From Gemmatimonadota bacterium (GTDB lineage: Bacteria > Gemmatimonadota > Gemmatimonadetes > JACCXV01 > JAHWKZ01): a stretch of DNA of 64,000 nt. The stretch spans positions 517 through 64,516 of the forward strand of contig JBDGYV010000009.1 in the NCBI GenBank assembly GCA_039588915.1. The letters are read 5' to 3'. The position numbers and the translations under genes were made by a program. Below, in pieces: positions 1-7,254 of this stretch; positions within the stretch are counted from its first letter, which is position 1, and the number at the start of each line of letters is the position of its first letter. A model generated the notes under the pieces. It searched no databases. It was not told where the DNA came from and saw only the letters and a list, made by a program, of their open reading frames with translations.

Positions 1-676
1 CCTCCACGACGGCTTCGACCTTGGGGTGGCTGGCGCTTCCCTTGGTCGAGAATGACAGCAGGGCGACCCGTGGCTCCCCACCGGTCAGCGCGTGATGCGT
101 GGCCGCTGAGGCGATGGCGATGTCGGCCAGCTGGTCTGGCGTTGGTTCGGGCACGACACCGCAGTCGCCGAAAGTGAACGCTCCCGCTTCGCCGATCAAA
201 AGGAAAACCGACGAGATCGTCCGGATGCCGGTCGCCGGCCCGATCACGCGGATTGCCGCGCGTACCGTGTCAGCGGTCGTCGATAGGTTCCCTGATACGC
301 ACGCGTCAGCCTCACCGCGCTGGACGAGATAGGCGCCAAACATGAGCGGGTTCTCGAGGGCGGTTCGTGCTTCATCGGTGGTCAGCTCGCGACCGCGGCT
401 CGCCTGCAGGGCCCGGAAGGCGTCGGCATAGGTATCGAGCCGGGGCGATTGCGCCGGTGCTATGGTGGTCGTGCCCTCCAGGCCGACGCCGGCCTTTTCG
501 GCCGCCTCGCGGATCGCGTAGCCGCCACCGAGTAGTGTGACCTCGGCAATGTTGAGCTCGCGAATCGTTTGGGCAGCTTTTACCGCCCGTGGATCGGCGC
601 CGTCGGCGAGCACGATTCGGTGATCGCCGGCTGCCGCCCGGCTTCTCAAGTCCGCGATTACTTGAGCCGGGTTCAC
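1..676 (-). CDS. pta: phosphate acetyltransferase (PTA_PTB family, Pta/EutD type), N-terminal ~225 aa; 3' end runs off the window
   Basis: Not in the ORF track because it is open at the window edge. My own minus-strand translation from GTG at 676 gives [36 protein letters not shown]...[39 protein letters not shown]...[23 protein letters not shown]...[15 protein letters not shown], typical of Pta/EutD. GTGA start/stop overlap with the upstream ORF. Confidence 0.8.
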   Translation of the reverse strand, partial: MNPAQVIADLRSRAAAGDHRIVLADGADPRAVKAAQTIRELNIAEVTLLGGGYAIREAAEKAGVGLEGTTTIAPAQSPRLDTYADAFRALQASRGRELTTDEARTALENPLMFGAYLVQRGEADACVSGNLSTTADTVRAAIRVIGPATGIRTISSVFLLIGEAGAFTFGDCGVVPEPTPDQLADIAIASAATHHALTGGEPRVALLSFSTKGSASHPKVEAVVE

Positions 677-1002
677 TGACCCCAACGGGCTAGGACTCGC
701 TCCGCGATCTGACGCACCTGGGTCGCATCCGCTTCTGGCACCAGACCGCGGACGCGTTCGACGACGCGCTCCACATCGCCTGGATTACAGGTCGGTACGT
801 GAAGCTCGGAAACTGGAGAGGTGGGTGATTGTTTGCTCGCTTGGTCGACCAGCTCGATGCCATGGCGGTCAGCTTCTTCCTTGGCCAACGGCGTCACTAT
901 CGCGTGCTCGGGGACGACCAGCTGAATCCCCCCATCACGATGTACCGCGCGCACGTCGTCGGCCGAGACGACGGGCCGGTTTCCACGCCGCTGCACGGTC
1001 AC
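673..1002 (-). CDS. small (109 aa) BMC-locus protein of unknown function; N-terminal [40 protein letters not shown] module, Ser/Pro linker, helical C-terminus ending ...RVLARWGQ
   Basis: This is the 3' part of track ORF 673..1470. I trimmed the start to GTG at 1002, which forms a GTGA overlap with the ParA stop (999-1001). The ORF stop in turn overlaps the pta GTG. The N-terminal motif resembles, from memory only, short modules in hypothetical proteins of eut/pdu-type loci. Confidence 0.55.
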   Translation of the reverse strand: MTVQRRGNRPVVSADDVRAVHRDGGIQLVVPEHAIVTPLAKEEADRHGIELVDQASKQSPTSPVSELHVPTCNPGDVERVVERVRGLVPEADATQVRQIAERVLARWGQ

Positions 1003-1814
1003 GACGCCTGCTTGACGACCGCCTCTTCGCGCCGTGCGGCGAGGCGTTCGGCGATCTCGGCGGCCACGCTGTAATAGGCTGCCGCCCCAGCCGAGTTGGC
1101 GTTGATCTCGAACAGTAGCCGCCCTTCGCGGGCGGCTTCGGCGAGCGCGATGTTGATCGGAATCGGTTCGCGGAACAGCATCTCGCCCCACTTCTCTTCC
1201 ATCGCTGTCACGCATTCCCGACCCACGCGGGTCCGCCGATCGTAAAGCGTCGCCAGATAGCCCAATAACTCCAGCCGCGGATTGAGCCGCCTTCGAACCT
1301 TGTCGATGAGGTCGAGGGTGCGTGGGACAGCGTTCAATGCGAACGGGTGGGTCTGGACGGGGATCACAACGGTGTCGGCCAACCGGAGTGCGTTGACCGT
1401 GTACAGCGACAGCGCCGGCGGAACGTCGATGATCGCCATTCGGTATGGGAGCTCCGGCCCGGCCTCCCAAGCGTCCGCTAAGAGCCCCTCGCGACCCGAG
1501 ACATTGGCTAGCTCGGATTCCATTTGGCCCAAGCTCTCGTGAGCCGGGACACAGAATAGCCGCTCGTAGCGGGTAGGCATCGTCGCGCGTGCCAATCCAC
1601 CGACCGGGTCGATCAACACGTCGGTGACGGTGACGTCGAGGTCGTCCGGGTCGATCCCCAGATGACGGGTCGCTGAAGCTTGGGGGTCGAGGTCGATCAG
1701 GACCGTCTCGATGCCGGTTTCAGCGAAGGCGCCGGCAATGTGGACCGCCGAAGTGGTCTTCCCTACCCCGCCCTTTGCGTTGGCAAACACGAGCGCATAC
1801 GGTCGCCGCATCAT
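999..1814 (-). CDS. ParA/Soj-type deviant Walker A ATPase (271 aa) embedded in the BMC operon
   Basis: The N-terminus ALVFANAKGGVGKTTSAVHIAGAF is a KGGxGKT deviant Walker A with the signature lysine. Also VLIDLDPQASAT, IIDVPPALSLYTVNALRLADTVVIPVQ and the overall Soj/ParA layout. No ParB-like gene is adjacent. The start overlaps the BMC-H stop (TAATG). Confidence 0.9.
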   Translation of the reverse strand: MMRRPYALVFANAKGGVGKTTSAVHIAGAFAETGIETVLIDLDPQASATRHLGIDPDDLDVTVTDVLIDPVGGLARATMPTRYERLFCVPAHESLGQMESELANVSGREGLLADAWEAGPELPYRMAIIDVPPALSLYTVNALRLADTVVIPVQTHPFALNAVPRTLDLIDKVRRRLNPRLELLGYLATLYDRRTRVGRECVTAMEEKWGEMLFREPIPINIALAEAAREGRLLFEINANSAGAAAYYSVAAEIAERLAARREEAVVKQAS

Positions 1815-2404
1815 TAGCTAGCCGGGTAGTAGCGGCTCTCGACCTTTTCTATCGCGCCCCGATCGAGCAGCTGCTTGACGGGACCGATCAGTCGACGCCA
1901 CTCGGTGCCAAGCGCCGCCCCGAGGTCGGGCAGCGATATCCCCTGCTCCCCTGCACGCCGGATCGCCGTCAGACACCGCGCTTCGAGGTCGGTGACCGAC
2001 ACCGGTTGGGTGGCGGGCTTTGTCGTAACCTCGGTTGGCGGAGCTACGGTCGGTTTGGCAGGCGCGGCCGGCTCCGGACTCGGCTTGGAACGCTGTCCGA
2101 TCGGGTACGTCCCGATGGCTGGGCTTTCTGGCAAGACGTCGATCAGCTGGTCGGTGGCTTGATGCGGTCGAGGGATGACATGCACGCTGACCAACTCGCC
2201 GACCTTTGCCGCGGCTACGGCACCTGCATCGGTGGCGGCCTTAACCGCTGCCACGTCGCCCCGGACGAGAATCGTCACCAGGCCGGCTTGTGAATACTCG
2301 CGCTTGACGAATTCGACTGGTGCCGCCTTCGACATCGCGTCGGCGGCTTCTGTGGCACCGACAAAACCGCGGGTCTCGATCAGACCGAGGGCGTTACCGG
2401 CCAT
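1814..2404 (-). CDS. BMC-H shell protein with Pro-rich linker and C-terminal winged-helix/HTH-like domain (EutK-like architecture)
   Basis: Residues 1-85 (MAGNALGLIETRGFVGATEAADAMSKAA...LVTILVRGDVAAVKAATDAG...VHVIPRPH) form a canonical BMC (PduA/EutM-type) domain. A PSPEPAAPAKPTVAPPTEVTTKPATQP linker follows. The last ~60 aa (LEARCLTAIRRAGEQGISLPDLGAALGTEWRRLIGPVKQLLDRGAIEKVESRYY) look like a wHTH. Confidence 0.85.
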   Translation of the reverse strand: MAGNALGLIETRGFVGATEAADAMSKAAPVEFVKREYSQAGLVTILVRGDVAAVKAATDAGAVAAAKVGELVSVHVIPRPHQATDQLIDVLPESPAIGTYPIGQRSKPSPEPAAPAKPTVAPPTEVTTKPATQPVSVTDLEARCLTAIRRAGEQGISLPDLGAALGTEWRRLIGPVKQLLDRGAIEKVESRYYPAS

Positions 2405-2406
2405 CG

Positions 2407-3063
2407 TCAGTACCGCACCGGGTCGGCGTATACCGACGTGACCGCTGCCTCGAACGCTTCACACGCCGCGCGGCAGTCGGCCTCGGTTCCGGTTACCAGT
2501 GCGCCACCCATGTTCGTGGGGGTCGGCGGCTCGATCCACTCTCCCACCCGCACATCAGCTGTCTTGAGCGCCTGATCGAGTCCAAAGACGGCCTCCAGCG
2601 GGGTCGCCTTGAGGTAGCCAAGCGCGTCACCGCGTGCGATACCAGCCCTTTCGGACAGATAGCTACCGGTTTGAGCGACCAAATGCGCCAAATACGGCCA
2701 GCGCCCCTCATCGTCGGCCGACCGGTAGTTGACACGCGACTCGAGGTGAACGATCGTAGCGTCCATTCCTGCTTCGACTTCCCCGATTCGATCGCCGGCC
2801 AATATTACCAGGGTTTCGGAGGTCGGTAGTTCCAAGCTTGACCGCGGGCCGCTGCGGTAGAACGTGCGCGCGAACACGACATCGACCTCGGCCTTCTTGG
2901 TGGCCTCGTCGGCCGCCACGTACGTGGGGTCGTCTTGGTCGACGGTGAGAAACCCGATCGCGGCGTGCGACGGCCTCAGCCCCAGCGCGTCGACCAGCGA
3001 GGGTGCGACGTTTGGGACTGTACGGACCGCTAAAACACGCGGCGCGAGGGTCGTGGTCACCAT
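2407..3063 (-). CDS. BMC-T shell protein, EutL/PduB-type (tandem permuted BMC domains, 218 aa)
   Basis: Collinear with my memory of E. coli EutL: ...GFLTVDQDDPTYVAADEATKKAEVDVVFAR..., ...EVEAGMDATIVHLES..., ...LAHLVAQTGSYLSERAGIARGDALGYLKATPLEAVFGLDQALKTADV..., and a similar length (~219 aa). Confidence 0.85.
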   Translation of the reverse strand: MVTTTLAPRVLAVRTVPNVAPSLVDALGLRPSHAAIGFLTVDQDDPTYVAADEATKKAEVDVVFARTFYRSGPRSSLELPTSETLVILAGDRIGEVEAGMDATIVHLESRVNYRSADDEGRWPYLAHLVAQTGSYLSERAGIARGDALGYLKATPLEAVFGLDQALKTADVRVGEWIEPPTPTNMGGALVTGTEADCRAACEAFEAAVTSVYADPVRY

Positions 3064-3107
3064 GGAGATGGATCCGGGTTCGGGAATTGCCGGGTGAAGC
3101 CCCGGGG

Positions 3108-3136
3108 AGTCTAGGAGCGCGGTCTAGACAGGTCAA
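3108..3136 (-). promoter_or_regulatory. candidate sigma70-like promoter of the BMC operon (TTGACC-N17-TAGACT) with GTCTAGAC palindrome in the spacer
   Basis: The minus strand reads cgcTTGACCtgtctagaccgcgctccTAGACTcccc, ~45 nt upstream of the BMC-T ATG (3063). It lies in the only sizeable non-coding gap (3064-3149) ahead of the operon. Confidence 0.4.
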
Positions 3137-3149
3137 GCGGGCCGAGGGT

Positions 3150-3830
3150 CTAGAAGCGCATCTCGGCGCGGGTCCATTGGACGACTCCGGAGCCGCCGCG
3201 TTGGGCGGGCACGTAGAGCATCTGCTTGGCGGCCGCCAGCGCTAGCGTGTCGAGCAGCGCGAAGCGACTCCCTTTCTCGATCCTGACCTCTCCAACCGAA
3301 CCGTCGGCGAGCACTTCGACCAGGAGGTGAACCGACGCGCCGCGGACCCGCTTCTTGTCGAGGTCATCCGGGATCCTTGGAACGACGAGGTGCAGGGGCC
3401 GCGGCGGACTGACGACCCCACCGCCCCGACCGGCAGCCGGGTCCGTCGTGCCTTCGCCGTCCGGCTCGCCGTCATCGCGACCTTCACCGTCGCTCGGAGC
3501 AGCGTCCGGCTCGGACACCGTCTCCTCGATCGGAGCCTCGGCGATCTCGATTTCGACCACCTCTTCGACCGGCTCGGGATCGGGCTTTGTCTCGGCGACT
3601 TCCTCGGATGGCGGCTGAAGCTCAACTACCTCAAGCTCGCTACCAGGCCCACCCGGGATCACAAACACGTACGGCGACGGAATCAACGCCTCGTGAAGTC
3701 GATCGGCGATCACCCTCGGCAGCGCGAGCAGGATGAACGCGTGGATTCCGATTGCTACCAGCAGGCTCCAGCGCCGGACTCGATCGTACGAATCCCGCCA
3801 TACCGTGTTCTTGCTCGAGAGGACTCGCAT
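3150..3830 (-). CDS. TonB-family energy transducer (226 aa)
   Basis: N-terminal TM helix with conserved His (LLVAIGIHAFILLAL), a Pro/Glu-rich spacer (PPSEEVAETKPDPEPVEEV...), and a C-terminal TonB_C-like fold (VHLLVEVLADGSVGEVRIEKGSRFALLDTLALAAAKQMLYVPA). AGGAG lies ~10 nt upstream of the ATG. Confidence 0.75.
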   Translation of the reverse strand: MRVLSSKNTVWRDSYDRVRRWSLLVAIGIHAFILLALPRVIADRLHEALIPSPYVFVIPGGPGSELEVVELQPPSEEVAETKPDPEPVEEVVEIEIAEAPIEETVSEPDAAPSDGEGRDDGEPDGEGTTDPAAGRGGGVVSPPRPLHLVVPRIPDDLDKKRVRGASVHLLVEVLADGSVGEVRIEKGSRFALLDTLALAAAKQMLYVPAQRGGSGVVQWTRAEMRF

Positions 3831-3860
3831 GAATGAAAAACTCCTGGCGGGTGCGCTGGG

Positions 3861-6341
3861 TTAGACCACTAGGCTCACTAGTTTGTTCGGCACCACGATC
3901 ACCTTGCGAACCTGCTCGCCATCGAGCAGCGCCGGGATTCGCCCATGGGCCAACGCTCGAGCTTCGACCTCCTCGTCCGACAGATCGCGCGGGACGCGCA
4001 TCTCGTCGCGCACCTTCCCGTTGACTTGTATCACGACTGTCACCTCCTCGGTGCGCAGGATCTCGGGGTCATACTCGGGCCATCCTGCGTCGACGACTGG
4101 CGGTTGGTGACCGGTCACGACCCACAGCTCTTCGCTCAAGTGAGGTGCGATAGGCGCCAGGAGTCGGATCATCGTCTCCATCGCAGTTCTCAGCAGTGAC
4201 GCGTCGTCAGGCTCGCGGGTTTCTTCAACCGGGGCGTATTGGTAGCATTCGTTGACGAGCTCCATGATGCGTGCGATAGCGGTGTTGAACTGCCAACTGG
4301 CGAGATCTTCGGTCGCTCCCTTGACGGATCTGTGCAGGACGAGCTGCAGCGATCGCGCGGCTTCCGAGTCAGGAAGCCCCCCATGGCGCTCAGCGCTCTC
4401 ATCCCAAAGGTCCCGATGACGATCGACCAATCGCCACACCCGCTGCAGCCAAGCGGCGATCGCCTTGATCCCCTCGTCTTTCCAATCGCCGCCCTCAGTA
4501 AACGCGAAACCGAACATCAGGTAGGCGCGAAAAGCGTCGGCGCCGTACTCATCGATGTAGTTGTCAGGGCTGATCACGTTGTCCCGGGACTTTGACATCT
4601 TGGTCCCGCGATTGGTGATCGTCCCCTGGTGAACGAGCCGCTGAAATGGCTCGCTGATGTCGAGGTGGCCGAGGTCGCGCATCGCCTTGACCATGAACCG
4701 CGCGTATAACAGGTGCAGGACGGCGTGCTCGATTCCACCCGAGTACTGGTAAATTGGGCACCACCGATCGATCAAGTCTCGGTTCCACGGCCGTTCGTCG
4801 TCGTCGGGTGACAAATAGCGCAGGAAATACCACGCCGAGTCGACGAACGTGTCCATCGTGTCGGGGTCTCGCCGCGCCTCCGAGCCACAGCTCGGGCAAG
4901 CCACGTTCATGAACGCATCCGAACGCTCGAGCGGGCTCTTGCCTGCACCAAGCGAAAAATCCACGTCGTACGGCAGTTCGACCGGCAGATCGTGGACCCC
5001 CACCGGCACCTCCCCGCAGTCGGAGCAATGTACGATCGGGATCGGAGCTCCCCAGTAGCGTTGCCTGGATATGAGCCAGTCACGGAGACGGTAGTGGACG
5101 GTCGCTTTCCCCTGCCCCTTGGCCACGAGGTCGGCCGTAACCTGGTCGAGCATTTCTTCTGATCGCATGCCGGTGTAGGGGCCTGATGCGACGACCGTAC
5201 CGTGACCGGTGTAAGCCTCGTCGCGGCCGATATCGGTCGAGGCGGGTTCAATCACCCACACGATCGGGAGATTCAGCGCCCGGACGAAGTCGAAATCACG
5301 GTCGTCGTGGGCGGGCACACCTTGAATCGCGCCGGTGCCGTAGCTCGCGAGCACGAAATCCGCGACCCAGATCGGTACCGGCTCCCCAGTCAATGGGTGG
5401 AGCGCGTAGGCGCCGGTAAACTCGCCGGTCTTCTCGGCGTCGGTCGATGTGCGCTCGATCTCCGACAGCCGACGGGCACGCTCGCGGTACGCGTCGACCT
5501 GGGCCCGATGCGCATCGGTCACGATGTCATCCAGCGCACTGTGCTCTGGCGCTAGCGCCAGGAAGGTGACGCCGTAGAGCGTGTCCGGACGGGTCGTAAA
5601 CGTCTTGATCGAGGTCTCTCCGTCGCCGACCTGCCAGTCGATCTCGACCCCGATTGAGCGACCGATCCAGTTTCGCTGCAACGTCTTCGTTCGAATCGGC
5701 CAATCGACATGGTCGAGTCCATCCAGCAGTTCATCCGCGTAGTCGGTGATCTTGAAGAACCATTGGGTGAGACCTCGCTTCTCGACCAGCGCGCCACAGC
5801 GCTCGCAGACGTTGCCTTCGAGGACTTGCTCGTTGGCGAGCACCGTTTGGTCGGTCGGGCACCACCAGACGGGTGCCGCCCGCCGGTAGGCCAGCCCGGC
5901 CTTGTAGAGCTCGAGAAAGAGCCACTGAGTCCACTTGTAGTACTCGGGTTGGCTGGTGTTGAGCGTGCGCTCCCAATCCCACATCGCGCCCATCGTCTTG
6001 AGCTGCTCGATCATGTTGACGACGTTGCGATCGGTGGAATCCTTGGGGTGGATTCCGGTCCGCACAGCGTAGTTCTCGGCCGGTAGGCCGAACGCATCAA
6101 AGCCGAACGGCTCGAAGACCGATCGGCCACACATGCGTTGAAACCGGGCCCACGTGTCGGCCGGTCCATAGTGGTACCAGTGGCCGACATGGAGTCGATC
6201 GCCAGAGGGGTAGGCGAACATGACGAGCGCGTAGCAGGGATTTACCGCGGCCTCGAGGTCGGTCCGGAACAGATCCCCGGCTTCCCATTCCGCGCGCCAC
6301 TTCGGCTCGATCGCATGGGGGTCGTAACGATGCTCGGTCAT
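3861..6341 (-). CDS. leuS: leucine--tRNA ligase
   Basis: 826 aa with HIGH-type motif (PSGDRLHVGHWYHY), KMSKS motif (GTKMSKSRDNVISP) and full-length class Ia LeuRS collinearity. Confidence 0.97.
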   Translation of the reverse strand: MTEHRYDPHAIEPKWRAEWEAGDLFRTDLEAAVNPCYALVMFAYPSGDRLHVGHWYHYGPADTWARFQRMCGRSVFEPFGFDAFGLPAENYAVRTGIHPKDSTDRNVVNMIEQLKTMGAMWDWERTLNTSQPEYYKWTQWLFLELYKAGLAYRRAAPVWWCPTDQTVLANEQVLEGNVCERCGALVEKRGLTQWFFKITDYADELLDGLDHVDWPIRTKTLQRNWIGRSIGVEIDWQVGDGETSIKTFTTRPDTLYGVTFLALAPEHSALDDIVTDAHRAQVDAYRERARRLSEIERTSTDAEKTGEFTGAYALHPLTGEPVPIWVADFVLASYGTGAIQGVPAHDDRDFDFVRALNLPIVWVIEPASTDIGRDEAYTGHGTVVASGPYTGMRSEEMLDQVTADLVAKGQGKATVHYRLRDWLISRQRYWGAPIPIVHCSDCGEVPVGVHDLPVELPYDVDFSLGAGKSPLERSDAFMNVACPSCGSEARRDPDTMDTFVDSAWYFLRYLSPDDDERPWNRDLIDRWCPIYQYSGGIEHAVLHLLYARFMVKAMRDLGHLDISEPFQRLVHQGTITNRGTKMSKSRDNVISPDNYIDEYGADAFRAYLMFGFAFTEGGDWKDEGIKAIAAWLQRVWRLVDRHRDLWDESAERHGGLPDSEAARSLQLVLHRSVKGATEDLASWQFNTAIARIMELVNECYQYAPVEETREPDDASLLRTAMETMIRLLAPIAPHLSEELWVVTGHQPPVVDAGWPEYDPEILRTEEVTVVIQVNGKVRDEMRVPRDLSDEEVEARALAHGRIPALLDGEQVRKVIVVPNKLVSLVV

Positions 6342-6360
6342 GCTTCGCTTTTGTAGGGGT

Positions 6361-6396
6361 AAAAACGGAGAGCGGCGGGAACCCGCTCCCGCCGCT
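6361..6396 (-). terminator. hairpin plus T-tract (candidate intrinsic terminator after dapF, or attenuator in the leuS leader)
   Basis: The minus strand reads AGCGGCGGGA-gcgggt-TCCCGCCGCT (perfect 10-bp stem at 6371-6380/6387-6396), followed by ctccgTTTTTa. It sits 82 nt after the dapF stop and ~25 nt before the leuS ATG. Confidence 0.45.
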
Positions 6397-6477
6397 GGTC
6401 ATCACGCATCAGACAGCTGCAAAGTAGTTTCGCCATCCCGCTCGATCAACCGGGCGACCGGGGCTTTTGGTGGCGCT

Positions 6478-7254
6478 CTAGATTTCTTCGAGAACGCCCG
6501 AGTAGACAACGCGCGCGTGGCCGGTGAGATGCGGGGCGAGCGCAGCAGGGTCTCTCTCCGCGACCGGTGGTGTGAAATCGACCTCGAGCGGAAAGCCACC
6601 GCTGGTCTCGACCCTGATCGGGGGTTCTGCGGACTCCCATGACCACGCCAGGACGGCGGCCGCGACGGCGCCGGTTCCACACGACAACGTCTCGGCTTCA
6701 ACGCCGCGCTCGTAAGTGCGCATCTGGATCCGGTGTCGATCTTGGATTGTCACGAAATCGACGTTCGTGCCCGCGGGCTGCCATCGCCAGTCCAGCCTCA
6801 ACCTCCTCCCTTCCCCGCTTATGTCGTGGGTCGCCAGCTCGTCGACCGTGGCCACGACGTGCGGTGTCGACGTGTCGACGAATCCGACATGCTGGTACGT
6901 GGATCCTTCCAGGTCTGGATAACTGTCGACAAGCGCCTCCAGGGTACCGCTTCCGGTGGCCACGCGAACGAGTGGTTGGGATGCAACATCAATCATCCGC
7001 GCGTAGCGGGCGATGCACATCGCACCATTGCCACACATCGGGGCTTCGCTACCGTCCGCGTTGTAGTACACCATCCTCACATCTGCGTTGGGGTCGTCCT
7101 CCAGCAGCAAGACCGCATCCGCGCCAACGCCCAGGCCACGTCGACACAATCGGACTACCGGCTCGCCGCCACCGGGAAACCAGTGCGGGCGGTTGTCGAG
7201 CACGACGAAATCGTTTCCGCCGCCCGACATCTTCAGGAACGGACGTGACCTCAC
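6478..7254 (-). CDS. dapF: diaminopimelate epimerase
   Basis: FLKMSGGGNDFVVLDNR, PMCGNGAMCIARY and LSCGTGAVAAAV show the two catalytic Cys motifs. The track ORF extends to 7308. I prefer GTG at 7254, which forms a GTGA overlap with the upstream GT2 stop. The start is uncertain. Confidence 0.88.
   Translation of the reverse strand: MRSRPFLKMSGGGNDFVVLDNRPHWFPGGGEPVVRLCRRGLGVGADAVLLLEDDPNADVRMVYYNADGSEAPMCGNGAMCIARYARMIDVASQPLVRVATGSGTLEALVDSYPDLEGSTYQHVGFVDTSTPHVVATVDELATHDISGEGRRLRLDWRWQPAGTNVDFVTIQDRHRIQMRTYERGVEAETLSCGTGAVAAAVLAWSWESAEPPIRVETSGGFPLEVDFTPPVAERDPAALAPHLTGHARVVYSGVLEEI

Noticed and set aside
999-1814. ParA as the chromosomal partition ATPase (soj) of a parAB-oriC region
   Set aside because: There is no parB downstream, no gidAB, dnaA or rnpA neighbours, and no parS-like palindrome. 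Instead the gene overlaps BMC shell and pta-side genes, so a cargo-positioning role is more plausible.
3150-3830. TonB-like gene as part of the BMC locus
   Set aside because: An 86-nt promoter-like gap separates it from the BMC-T gene. The TonB-like gene also lies upstream of that gap. There is no known functional link, so this is probably just the end of the leuS-tonB transcription unit.
6342-6477. T-box leader or tRNA gene in the dapF-leuS gap; also checked the gaps at 3064-3149, 37283-37389, 38722-38791, 47030-47104 and 52256-52330
   Set aside because: The gaps are too short for a T-box (usually over 200 nt). None shows tRNA cloverleaf hallmarks such as a GTTCRANYC T-loop or an acceptor stem pairing.
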